DNA of 64,000 nucleotides from Mytilus californianus. Lineage: Eukaryota. The notes beneath the pieces are model-generated. The model worked only from the letters and a program-made list of their open reading frames with translations. It searched no databases and had not been told where the DNA came from. A program made the position numbers and the translations under genes. Where the stretch lies: positions 86,304,001 to 86,368,000 of the forward strand of contig NW_026262701.1 in the NCBI RefSeq assembly GCF_021869535.1, in the 5' to 3' direction. Of this stretch, positions 52,493 to 64,000 are shown in pieces. How positions within the stretch are numbered: position 1 is the first letter of the stretch; every line of letters starts with the position of its first letter.

Positions 52493-52606
52493 CAGCGACT
52501 CTTTTCACAAAAAATCTTACGATTAAAATTGATCGTAAGTTATACTGAAATGTGTATGACTTACGAGTATTTTTACTCTTACGATTTTTTGTGAAAAGAG
52601 CCGCTG
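52493..52606. mobile_element. 114-bp fold-back MITE in SLC4 intron
   Basis: CAGCGACTCTTTTCACAAAAAATC...GATTTTTTGTGAAAAGAGCCGCTG: 24-bp TIR with 1 mismatch, extending imperfectly to ~36 bp. Internal CTTACGA motifs. Confidence 0.75.
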
Positions 52607-53099
52607 ATTGTTAGGAAAACAAATGATAATTACTTGTATAGATGTGAAACCGAGATTTAATGCACTTTTACATCATAGCAAGATGTTAACTAGTAACTGT
52701 TGTCAAACAAACGACTAGATCTAGGGTACACTGACATGGGTTGTGTATATTTGATTAATTCTAAGCTTATAATTCTTATTTTCAGTAACATTAGGCTACA
52801 TATCCCTAAGTTGACCGTACAAGTGTTTGCAAGTGTTCCCATGTATTTTAAAGTCCTTGAATTTACAAACTGTTAATTTTGACAGGAAATTACATAGAAT
52901 GAACCTTGCATATTCATTATGTTTGGTTTTGTTTTACCACAACTTGACCGATATCGTTAAACAATCATTCTCGATGGTATCAACAGCTTGACAGTCTGTA
53001 CCTCGGTATGGTATTTTACACGACAAATGACCTATTTGTGTAGAGTCAAACAAACAAAGCACTTCAGTTCTTTATAAAATCTTCAACGATAAAGCAAAC

Positions 53100-53830
53100 A
53101 TCACACTGTACAGATGTTTAGAAGAATCTTTATGTTAGCTCACACCAACCGTGTTTAAAAGAACCTTTTTGTTACCTCACATCATACAAATGTTAAGTAG
53201 AACCTTTGTATCAACTCACACCATTCATAGGTTCAGAAGAACTGTTTTGTTAGCTCATACCATACAGAGGTTCAGAACAACCTTTTTGTTAGGTCACACC
53301 ATGAAGAGGTTCAGGAAGACCTTTTGTTAGCTCACATCATAGAGAGGTTCAGTAGAAACTTTTTGTTAGATCACACCATAGAGAAGATCGAAAGAAACTT
53401 TTTGTTAGCTCACACCGTACAGAGGTTCAGAAGAACTTGTTTGTTATATCATACCATACAGAGGTTCAGAGGAACCTTTTTGTTAGCTCACACCGTACAC
53501 AGGTTCAGAAGAAACTTTTTGTAAGATCACACCATGTAGAGTTTCAGAAGAACTTAATTTGTTAGCTCACACCATGCAGAGGTTCAGGAGAACTTTTTGT
53601 TAGCTCACACCATGCAGAGGTTCAGGAGAAACTTTTTGTTAGCTCACACCATTCAGAGGTTCAGAAGAACTTGTTTGTTAGCTCATACCATACAGAGGTT
53701 CAGAAGAACCTTTTTGTTAGCTCACACCATATAGAGGTTCAGAAGAACCTTTCTGTTAGCTCATACCATACAGAGGTTTAAAAGAACCTTTTTGTTAGCT
53801 CACACCATACAGGTGTTAAGTAGAACATAT
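53100..53830. repeat. 39-bp minisatellite, ~18 units, in SLC4 intron
   Basis: Consensus CAGAAGAACCTTTTTGTTAGCTCACACCATACAGAGGTT; 39-bp period (e.g. 53701/53740). Confidence 0.95.
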
Positions 53831-54869
53831 GTGTTATATCAAGCCATACAAAGGTTTTGAAGGATCTAAGACAATTGAGAGCTAAAGACCACATAAACAA
53901 GTGCAAAAACTTCGAATTGCAACGGACAAAAAGAATAACACTCCAGCGTTATTGAACGGTTTCTTAGAGTTATGGTTAATACAAAAGAGTACACGATGAT
54001 CAAACAGTTAAAATCCAATAATTGTTTGCTATTTTTTTTTTTTGAAAAAATCCACTTTTTATAACAGACAGAATTACCTTGATGTCTTAGTTTTTCTGAA
54101 TATTTGGCCTTTAGATTCAAACGTGCCTGAACAAACCATCACAACAATGACCTCAAACAGGAGTGCTTGTTAATTAGATATCGCTTCGATAAAAAAAAAC
54201 TGAAAAGAGATGTATCAAAACAACCGTGGGCAGAATCTTTAAAAAAATATATAAATAGTTCATGAGAATAAAATCCTTAAAAACCATAAATATGGGTGAA
54301 ATTGTGAAGGTTTAATGCATGATATTGCAATATTCATGGTATTCAAATATTGTCCGTAAGAATGCGAGTTTTGGTTGTTACGAAAAATTTCAATGACCTC
54401 CTTCTATATATACAATTCAGGTCATAGATTCTTTTTTTATCATTTTAAATAAATCCATAATCAATGCACGGTAACTCTTATGTAAGAGTTTTCAAGATAA
54501 ACATATGACGTGATAAATATTAACCTTGAAACTTATGTTGTCAGTAGGTGATCTAACTGCCTATGTTCCAGCATTAAATAAATCTATGAAGATCAATGTT
54601 TATCTAGCAACCTAAAAAGGCATTTTTAAGATTGTCTCTGGTTTTATAGTCTCTTCATTTACCTGTGTATAATATGACGCAGGTTTCTTCAAAAGTGATG
54701 ATTTTCTATAAATTGTTTGAAATTTCACAGTGATATCATACTTTAACTTTGTTTAAACCTGTCTATTTACTTTTGACTTTAATTATTTATCCCTTTTAAT
54801 TTTTTATTAACTGTGTATTTGCATTCAGGTGTCACAGGTCAAATTTATTCGTTCATTGTGTGTTAATTT

Positions 54870-55285
54870 ACGTTTTTTGATTGAGTTAAGCCTTCCAATT
54901 AATATTTTATAGTGTGTTTTTCTATGTTGTAATGTTATACTATTGTTTCAGAAAAGGGAGAAGGTTTGGTACCATTAAAACGTTTAATCCCGCTGCAAAT
55001 GTTTGCACCTGTCCTAAGTTAGGAATCTAATTACAGTAGTTGTCGTCTGTTTATGTAGTTCATACGTGTTTCTCGTTTCTCGTTTTTATATAGATTAGAC
55101 CGTTGGTTTTTCCGTTTGAATGGTTTTACACTAGTAATTTTTTGGGGCCCTTTATAGCTTGCTGTTCGGTGTGAGCCAATGCTCCGTGTTGAAGGCCGTA
55201 CCTTGACCTATAATGGTTTACTTTTATAAATTGTAACTTGGATGGAGAGTTGTCTCATTGGCACTCATACCACATCTTCCTATAT
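54870..55285 (-). mobile_element. Longer copy of the same high-copy interspersed repeat (intronic)
   Basis: The 3' part is the reverse complement of 45603-45804. Confidence 0.75.
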
Positions 55286-55574
55286 CTATCTATCACTGCA
55301 CGAGTTCACCCCTGACTTTATTTTAAAGAGTGTTGTTCTTGCTTTATTTTTCAGTAGTGTATTATGTGTTATTTTATTTGCTGATGTTTGTTTCTATCGA
55401 TAACAGTCTTGGCAATGGTATTGTCTGTTTTTCTTCGACTAGTTTTTTATTGTTCCCATTCTATCCTCTCTACTTGTTTGCTAAAAAATGAGATGTTACT
55501 TTAAGTCGGAATTGCTTCAAAAATATGTCAATTATAGAAAGTTAAGGCAATTTAAATATTTTCTTTATTTTCAG

Positions 55575-55704
55575 GCAGTCTAGCAGTTACTGAGTTTATC
55601 CAGGGTCTACTCACAAAAAACGATGACGAAACACACGTTGTTTTCTGTCAGTTAGACACTTTAACGAAAAAAGACGAAGAAGTCATTTGGCGAGAGTCTG
55701 CTAG
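55575..55704 (+). CDS. SLC4: SLC4 exon (SLAVTEFIQG...VFCQLDTL...WRESAR)
   Basis: TTTTCAG acceptor and AG|GTAATT donor; resembles the SLC4 N-terminal LFxELD...WxETAR segment. Confidence 0.88.
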
Positions 55705-56096
55705 GTAATTTACAATAAATTTACAGGTAGTATACCGATTTCAATTATAATATTGTAACTCTGGGTAAAAATAAACGTTGGCATGGAAGCAATCGAAATT
55801 TCATTTATGAACTCCAACTTGAATAAGTTTTGCGCTATTTCACAAAAACTCTTACGAGAAAAAATACTTGTAAGTCATTATCTTTTCAGTATTACTTTCG
55901 ATCATTTTTTATTGTGAAAAAGGTCCCATGTGCGTAGACACGGTACGCGTCGCTGACAGTGCATGTGATTTCCAAAAATAAAAATATAAATTGGGTTACA
56001 CCTGAATGTCAAAGTTAATAAAATAACGAAAAACTTTTTAAACAATTTTAACTAACTAGAACTGAAATGTATATATGTATGTATACGCTATTCCAG

Positions 56097-56257
56097 ATGG
56101 GTAAAATACGAAGAGGATGTCGAGGAGAATGGCAAACGTTGGTCGAAACCTCATGTGGCTTCTGTTACATTGCATAATGTATTGGAGCTAAGGACACAGA
56201 TGTTCGTAGGAGCCTTGGTACTAGATGCAGATGTCACAAACATTCCTCAGTTAGCTG
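56097..56257 (+). CDS. SLC4: SLC4 exon (RWVKYEEDVEENGKRWSKPHVASVTLH...)
   Basis: Band-3 cytoplasmic-domain signature RWxKFEExVE..GxRWSKPHV; canonical AG/GT; phase-consistent. Confidence 0.95.
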
Positions 56258-57183
56258 GTAAGATGTTATATTAATGTATATAATGATATGTGGTTCTGAA
56301 AAAATCGCGCATGCTGTGGTAGCATTTGAGGTGAGCTGTTTTAGTCTACTTGTTTTAATTACAGTGTATGCTTTTGGTTAAACTTATGGGTTGAGAAATA
56401 ATGTGAATATAAAAATTATGGTGGTCATATTGGACCAAGATATAGTCGAGCATATTGTACCAAGATATAGTCGAGCGTTTTGTTTTGTCAGGTTTTATGA
56501 ACTGCTCCCTTTTTGGAATTTACTAAAATTCGGTATTTTTGTCAATGCATTTCAATTTGTTAGCTTATCTATAAATCATGGAAATAAAATTCCCCTTTAA
56601 GAACGGGAGTGATTGCTTATTGATACATTCAACACAAGCAAACGGACACCAAGAGATTTTTTTGTGATGTACGTACAGATTATGGATACTCGCACATATG
56701 ACATGTATTTTATTTTAGTTCTCAAATCAGCCCGGACGACTTCGTAGTATACAAATAGGATATATAAACAAAAGGACATCTCTCAGCAAAAGTTGTGTTA
56801 AGGATTCTTTAAGTGCACGAGGGTGGCATATTTTCACATTTGTATTGAATAAAATGTTCTTCCAGAAAATACCGTTTTTCATTGATGATCGGTAAATGTT
56901 TTACTCGTTTATAAATTTAGAAATTATTAAGAAACAAAGGTTTCAATTCCCTCAGGCAAAGTTGACCTTTGATGGTATTGGTAGACCCTTTTATTTTGTC
57001 TATATAGCACTTCAACTGTTTCGGTTCTAATACATCCTTGGCTTTCAAATGTCAGGCTTTTAGCGTTCCTGGTGAAGGTAAATCCAGAAAAGTGCTTTGA
57101 ACGCATGAAAAAGTGTTGTTTTTTATTTTTTTACCTCAACATAGCAAGACATATTTTAACTGACATTTTCTTTTTATTTTCAG

Positions 57184-57351
57184 ATCTTATCATCGAAGAA
57201 CTATCAAAAAACAAAACCTTAACAGAAAATACTAAATCTACAATAAGATCATCGTTGTTAGCGCGTCATGTACATCCTCATTTGAAACGGAGACGTATCT
57301 CAGCAGATGATTCTGGAGGCAATATAATCACACAATGCAGGATGCCAAAAA
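57184..57351 (+). CDS. SLC4: SLC4 exon (DLIIEELSK...LLARHVHPH...)
   Basis: Canonical AG / GTAAG; LLxxHxH motif; phase 1 in and out. Confidence 0.85.
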
Positions 57352-58122
57352 GTAAGACATTACATCGTTTGATCTTTTGAAATCCTTACCATTATCGTCT
57401 GAATGCTTAAACGACCCAGTCGAAAGGATATAATTTACAGCACGACTTCAATTAATTGGCTTTCCTTATAGTTGATAGAACACATTGTTTTATGAATGAA
57501 TGGAGATGTAGGATAAACGTCAATGAGACAGCAACTCAACGATAAAATACCCATAAGACATTTAAACAATAGACGAGTGTCTATGCAATATGTCAGACTC
57601 TAAATCGACTTGAGTTTATGAAAGTGAATAAATAAAACAAATCTGCCAACAACAAAAGATTTTCCAAAATAACAAAAAGATTACTATATGACATAAGTCA
57701 ACCACTTAAGTATACTTCGGAAGAACATGAATATATTGTTCTGGCTCTATCTATTATACGTTTAATACTACTGACACTTGATTGATTTCCTTCTGCTGGT
57801 GGAGTCCTAGAGGCACCATCTACCAAGAAGTCAGTGTTTTTGAATATCTCATTTTCAGGGGATAAATGATATACTTGCATTGGAGTCGGTGTCGTAATTT
57901 GAATATGCACCAACACAATTTAAGATATACTACTGGTACATCAAAACAGGTTCAATTATAAATGATTTGATTAATAAACAACCAGCAAAAAAATTGATTA
58001 AATAACTTGATTCTGGAAAAAGTATATATTAAGTAAATCAGGGATAAGGAAAAAAACTTAAATTTTAAACCTAAATAAATTGTTGTTTATACTAGTTGAC
58101 CCATCTTTGCATTTATTTTTAG

Positions 58123-58223
58123 CCAGCAGTGCTGCAGATTTTGCTAAAATGAAAGCGCGACAACACGCAGAAGGAAGAGGTGAAACAAACGGCCAACTTC
58201 CTGAAACATCGCCTCTAGTCAAG
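58123..58223 (+). CDS. SLC4: SLC4 variable-loop exon ending at a GC donor
   Basis: TTTTTAG acceptor, open frame TSSAADFAKMK...SPLVK, and donor AAG|GCAAGT, which gives the phase 0 needed by the next exon. Confidence 0.72.
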
Positions 58224-59170
58224 GCAAGTATTTTCATTTATTCTGATGAAATAAGTAGTAACCTTATTTCTTTCTTATACGAATGCCTTTTTAACTTTTT
58301 TATTCGAGCGTCACTGATGAATCTTTTGTAGACCTTTCAATCCTGATATCTTGGATGAGTTTATAAGTTGAAACAAAAATGTGACAAATGAAATATTTCG
58401 CAAATGTTTTTTTTTCCTTTCTAACAATTAGATACATGTATATCGTCATTATATAAGAGCTTGTATAATGATTTCAATAGATATATGAATAACAAATGAT
58501 GAAGATATGAAACTTTTTAAACATTCAGATCTGTACAGCAAATGGGAAATATTAGATATTAAGGATGTACTTAGTTGATCTAAGGTAAAATTAAATAAAT
58601 CAAGAATTCAAAATTGATACTTTAAGCTGGAAGAGCAATAGTTAAGGTTCAAAATAAGCTAAAAATATTGATATGTCATGGAGCTCCTTTTCGAGATATT
58701 TGATTTATAAAATATGGCGGGAAAAGGCTGACTCTGACTTTTACCTTATATTTGCATTGGTATTATTTGGGTCTCAAATCAAAAGAAAGAAAATCAAGAA
58801 TCTGCTTAAATTTTGTCAAATGACCTTTTATAAGCTTTTAAGTCTTATGTTAAAAGATAAATAGGTGTTATGGGGCAAAATATTTTACTTTGTATCGTAT
58901 AGAAAAACACCAAGGAGTCCGAGCATTTGACACTTATTCCAAAACCTCACCTAAGTACATCCTTAATACTTAACTTTAAGGTATATATATTAGAAAAATA
59001 AATGCTCAAAAGAAACTGGCCGATTTTGCATTGAAAAAAATAACGAAGAAAACCCAGCCAATTTTTGTCAAACGATTAACGATCATCTTAAGAACAATTT
59101 GTAATTGACTGTCATGACGTTTTTCTAATGGTGTCAGAAATTATGATAAAAGAATTTATTCTCTCTTCAG

Positions 59171-59416
59171 CTTAATAAGCCTTTTATGAAAAAGATTCCC
59201 GAAGGTGCACAAGTCGCCAATGTATGGGTTGGGGAAATAGATGATTTGAAGGAACCAATCACAGCTTTCATTCGACTAGATAAACCCAGAGTTATTGGTG
59301 ATTTGACAGAAGTACCATTACCAACGCGATTCATTTTCCTTCATCTTAGTCCAGTTGGGGAACCAGGCCACATTTTTGCAATTGGAAGAGCAATGTCCAA
59401 TATGATGGTTGATGTG
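59171..59416 (+). CDS. SLC4: SLC4 exon (LNKPFMKKIPEGA...LTEVPLPTRFIF...IGRAMSNMMVDV)
   Basis: Hallmarks FMKKIP and LTEVPxPTRF; canonical splice sites; 82 codons. Confidence 0.95.
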
Positions 59417-60768
59417 GTAAGAACACGAAACATTTTGATTGTTATTGCGTTCATATTACCTAATATTTATAAAAGTTGTATGCAGAACACTTTGTCATCT
59501 TCAAACATTCCTGCAACTAATCATCCTGAACCAAAAAGTGAAATAAGTAAATGAAAATGTAATAAAAAAAAGAAGAGACGAAAAATATCAAAGGAACAAT
59601 CAGGAATCGCAAGTCAGAAGAAATAAATGTTTAGGATCTCTCATATCCAAACGTAAACATGTTCATCCCATTCAGGTTGAAATAAACAGCAATAAAAAAA
59701 AATAAACCACTTAGAGGCAATCACTTCGAAAACAAGAGGGAAATAACACGGTTTTGGGATGTGGAATATAGGGGGTAAAACAAGTGGGGCTGTGCGATAT
59801 AGGGGATGAAAAAGTATAATCTGAGAAAAAGAAGGATAAAAGTTGAAAGTGGGAAAAAATTACCCAAAAAAAACGGAATTTAGAAAATAAGTTCCTCCAT
59901 GTCACCCCTCAAACAACACCAACTAAAAATTGAATGGTAGGATAACTCGATGTCAGAATTATTATCTTTTCTATTGGTAAGAGAGATAAATGCCATTGGA
60001 AAGTTTGACTTATGCACTTATGTATATTCAAGTTATTTTCCTCCGTTGCAAAATGGAGCGGGCAAAATGGAAATGCTGGAAAAAGCAAATTTGGGCATCT
60101 TTATGTCACCAGTACGGCCTTCCACAATGACCTAAACACATACCATTATAGTCGGCTATAAAAAGCCCCGTCATAACAAAATATGAACCAATTCAAACGA
60201 AAAAAAAAGTCTGTTTTATGATAAAACAATAAATGAAAACAAGTATGCAGCAAACAACGACAACGACAACGACTCCTGACTAAGGACAGACACAGATAGA
60301 ATGTACCGGGATTAAACATGTTTGTGAGTGTTCAACCCTCCTCAACCTGGAACAGTGGTATAACAGCACGACATAAGAAGAAACTGTTAAAATCAGTTGG
60401 AAATGACTTGACTCATCAGATCGACACAAAGAAAAAAAACTAACAAAAACTAGATACAAACTGCCAAGTAAGAGTACTCGCAGTTACTGAAACTTATTTC
60501 GAACGGAGGCCAACATCAGCTAATAAATAAATCATGTTTAGCGTCAAAGGATACTATGAGCAAAATATCAAAAGCATTTGAAAATTAGTGCAAATCAATT
60601 ATTTTCATGTGAGTTATGTCCTTGGAAATATATAAGTGATTTGGAAAAATTCCAGTACCTCGGCGGTGGACATTGACTACTCTGTAGCAATCTTATTGGA
60701 ATTATTTCGCAATAAAAATTAAAAGATCTCTTTTAAGCTAGAAATTGAAGTTTTAAATCAATTTTCAG

Positions 60769-60915
60769 ATTTTCAGTGAGGTTGCATACAAAGCAAAATC
60801 ACGAGAAGATATAATGCATGGATTTGACGAATTTCTTGATCAAACAACAGTTCTTCCTCCTGGCCAGTGGGATCCAGAAATACGTTTAGAACCACCGACT
60901 AAAGTACCTTCTCAG
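60769..60915 (+). CDS. SLC4: SLC4 exon ([10 protein letters not shown]...[24 protein letters not shown]...SQ)
   Basis: The VLPPGxWDPxIRxEPP motif is typical of Na+-coupled SLC4s; 49 codons. Confidence 0.95.
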
Positions 60916-61760
60916 GTCTGTTCTTTTTCGTGATTATAGGGTTGACACTGAAAGTAATGCTATTTGTTTTTAATAATTGCTTTCTTCAGTTTATACAAGT
61001 GTAAAAAGTTCTTTCTTCTCCTATGCTGCCAATTTTTTTGTGATAATTTAAGATTATCAGAAACAACAGACAGACAAGGTTTTTTTTTACTCAGAAATGC
61101 AGAAATGATATTCACTAAGATATAAAAGATGTTATAATTTTGCCACATATAAGAATATAAAACAAAACAATATTATCGATCTAACAAGTTCGTGAACAAT
61201 TGATTGCAGTGAAGCAACTGTTGAACTACTTATGCATATACGAGCGTTATATGTTTTGATAGTTATAAAAATAAGAAGATGTGGTAAGGTTGACAATGAG
61301 ACATCTATTCACCAGAGACCAAATGACGTAGATTAAAGCAACTACAGGTCATCCATCGTAAGGCCTTCAACAATGAGCAAAACCTATACCGTATAGTTAA
61401 ATAAAAAGACCCCGACATGACAAAATGTTAAACAATTTATACGAGAAAACCAACGGCCTTATTTGTGTACAAAACACTATAAACTAAAATCAAATATGAA
61501 AGACAGCAACCAATGACATCCACTGAATTGAGAAATGTTTTATGTTGAAATGAATGAGTGTATTCCTGCGTCTTATACAAAGTGAAAAGGTCTAAAAGAA
61601 TGCAACATATCCTGACCGATTTACAATTTTTTTAAGTAATTTCCAAGCTTTTTGATGTTATGGTAAAACAAGAGATAAAGCTTGTCAAATTAATTTCATG
61701 GATGTTTTGTTAATAATGTTACTGCTCTTATCTTGTTAATTTCCCCCTTTTAATATACAG

Positions 61761-61831
61761 GAGGGACGAAGGAGGTTTGAATCAATCGCCGAAGAGGAGC
61801 ACAGTGATCCTACACTAGTACGCACTGGAAG
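61761..61831 (+). CDS. SLC4: SLC4 exon (EGRRRFESIAEEEHSDPTLVRTGR)
   Basis: DPxLxRTGR motif preceding the membrane domain; AG/GT; phase-consistent. Confidence 0.88.
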
Positions 61832-62166
61832 GTAGAAAAGATTTTGAAGTTGTCTTATTTACAATTTGTTGGGACACTTTTAAGATATTGTATTTTCAGT
61901 GTGTCTCTTTGTTTTCTTTTTTGTGACAACTTTATTTCCCTGAAAGTTATTTGCAGGACAATTCTTAATTGCAATTAGTGCAAATAGACAGAGGTAAGTT
62001 GACCAAATTCCTACCGATGTCTTGTTTTCTCGAAGAATAAATCATTTAAGTTGCCTAACGACATATATGTTATTGCTTTATGGTTTTTAATTAAAAAAAC
62101 AGTAATGTTTCAAAGGTTAATTAAATCGCTAAATTATATACCTACTCATATGTTACATTTGTATAG

Positions 62167-62341
62167 ATTATTTGGTGGTCTTATTGAAGACGTAAAGCGA
62201 AAGATTCCATTCTATATCAGTGACTTCAAAGATGGTTTCCACATACAGTGTCTCGGTGCTGTTCTCTTTATGTATCTAGCTACACTAACACCCAACATAA
62301 CATTCGGAGCTTTACTAGGACAGTCAACACATCACTACATG
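62167..62341 (+). CDS. SLC4: SLC4 exon, TM1 ([12 protein letters not shown]...SDFKDG...ITFGALLG)
   Basis: Hallmark motifs FGGL..D.KRK, SDF.D and ITFGxLLG. Confidence 0.95.
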
Positions 62342-62688
62342 GTACGTGACGCATATTAAGCAATCTACTGCATACATAGAAAATAAAATGAATGAAGCAA
62401 AATAAAACTTTTTTAAAAAATATTTTACAAAATTGAAAAGTAAGAGTAAAGAAATAACCCCCTTTTCGGCGATAAATTCAGCAGAAATTATGTTCTTTCA
62501 CTTTTTTTTTCGATTTTTCGAATACTTACGAAGGCTCTGATTGTAAACTCCTTATTGTATTCAAAGTATTTTGAACAGTGTTTGTTAATCGGCATACTAA
62601 TCTATTTCAATAGACAAATAAGAAAATTCTTATAATGTTATGATAGATCGTGCATTCACAGATTTTGTAGTATTTCTTTCGTTTACAG

Positions 62689-62822
62689 GGAACAATGGAA
62701 TGTATTGTAGCTGTTGCCTTTGTAAACCTGATTTTTGCATTATTTGGTGGACAGCCATTGATTATAATGGGTAGTACCGGACCTGTACTTGTGTTGGAAA
62801 TTATAATCTACACAATGTGTCG
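62689..62822 (+). CDS. SLC4: SLC4 exon, TM2-3 (FGGQPLIIMGSTGPVLV)
   Basis: GQPL...STGP signature; AG/GT. Confidence 0.95.
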
Positions 62823-63345
62823 GTATGCAGATTTTTAGTTCTGAAATCTTTTGTCATTTGATTTTACGTTTTTAAAATGTTACTTCAAGACTTACAAACA
62901 TGGCGTGTTAGACACGCATTGCTATGGATATAAATTTGTTTAAAAATACATATGATGTAGCTTTTTATGTAACATTGGTCGACCTGGCTCGTCCATTTTG
63001 TATTGTTATCAGAATAGTTATTCTATTTTGTGATGAAATTTGTCTCGATTAAAAACTTTTAAAAAGTTAGAAGCCTATAACTGCCAATACAAAACATCAT
63101 TATCTTGACGTACACTTTTCTCTTTCAGTTTATGGCTAATACAATTCCAAATGTTACCATATTTATCAACTCAGATCTGGGATATGAAATTTATGATAGA
63201 TAAGGTGTGCTACTTCCTTATTCAACTATCTCGAATTAGAATGTAAAAATAAAATGTTGAAAAAGTAATGACTAAGGCCAGGGAAGCTTCTTTCGTATAC
63301 AATTAACTATAAGTGTTTTTCTTTCACATTGTCTTTTCCTTTTAG

Positions 63346-63865
63346 AGACAATGACTGGGACTTTCTACCATTTCGATGCCTGGTAGGTCTGTGGTCAGCT
63401 CTGTTTTTACTGATCATTGTTGCATTTGACTTGAGTGCATTAGTCCGTTATATAACAAGATTTACAGAGGAAAGTTTTGCTTGCTTAATTGCCATTATTT
63501 TCATAGTAGAAGCATTCAAGAAAATATTCTCAATAGCAGAGACACATCCGTTTAATATCCATCCAGAAATTCCATTGGATTATACATGTTTCTGTGTCAC
63601 AAATAATCAATCAAGCGTCTATAATATGACAACAATGCCATTGACTACTAATGCTTTCAATTCAACCACGGATGCAATTACAAACTGGACCAGCGTACAA
63701 AGAGAAGACTGTGTCAATCTAGGAGGTGTCCTGGAAGGTTCTGGTTGTGGTACTACAGTCTATCATGACAACGTGTTTTTCCTATCCTTTATAATTGGCG
63801 TTGGAACATTCGGCGTTGCATGGGCATTAGTGAACATGAAGAAAAGTACATTCTTCCCAACAGTA
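63346..63865 (+). CDS. SLC4: SLC4 exon, TM4-TM6 with long Cys-containing extracellular loop; gene continues beyond the window
   Basis: LVRYITRFTEESFACLI and CFC...C....GG.L.G..C loop with NxS/T sequons; donor GTA|GTGAGT. The 11 exons total 1914 nt (638 codons) with no in-frame stop. Confidence 0.95.
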
Positions 63866-64000
63866 GTGAGTTGTTTATATGTAATTTATATTAAACAAAT
63901 GATAGTATTGTACTTAAATCATATAAAGAGCCGGATTCTTTCTTTAATCGGTCGATCAATCAAATGGTAGAAACGGTTTTGGTTATGTCTTTGACTCTTA

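Noticed and set aside
60761-60776. Tandem acceptor TTTTCAG-ATTTTCAG
   Set aside because: The second AG is 8 nt downstream and would frameshift; the first preserves the conserved IFSEVAYKA.
57072-63970. ORF-track starts and ends for the SLC4 pieces (57072, 58080, 59186, 62051, 63329)
   Set aside because: They are intron read-through extensions of internal exons. Boundaries were reset to splice sites.
1-64000. tRNA, rRNA, snRNA genes and autonomous transposases
   Set aside because: No A/B-box cloverleaf, rRNA-like tract or long transposase ORF was recognised by eye. tRNAscan-SE or Infernal would be needed to exclude them fully.

Overview
AT-rich eukaryotic (animal) genomic DNA. The repeat landscape and protein types suggest a bivalve mollusc such as Mytilus (inference; no database search was run). 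The window has three parts. (1) 2.1-16.5 kb: a tandem triplication (~4.9-5.5 kb unit) carrying three intact, intronless, minus-strand 502-aa CYP1-like cytochrome P450 genes. The middle unit is a recombinant mosaic of the outer two, and the third copy shares only its TATA-to-ATG core promoter with the others. (2) 16.5-47 kb: a field with no recognisable host gene, made of degraded non-LTR retrotransposons (RTE-X-like, CR1/L2-like), TIR/MITE and Helentron-like non-autonomous elements, and minisatellites, including a head-to-head fold-back 21-bp array. (3) 47.7-64 kb: a plus-strand multi-exon SLC4 Na+-coupled bicarbonate-transporter-like gene. Eleven phase-consistent exons (638 codons) were reconstructed by hand, with one GC-AG intron, and the gene runs off the right edge. 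No tRNA, rRNA or CRISPR features were seen.
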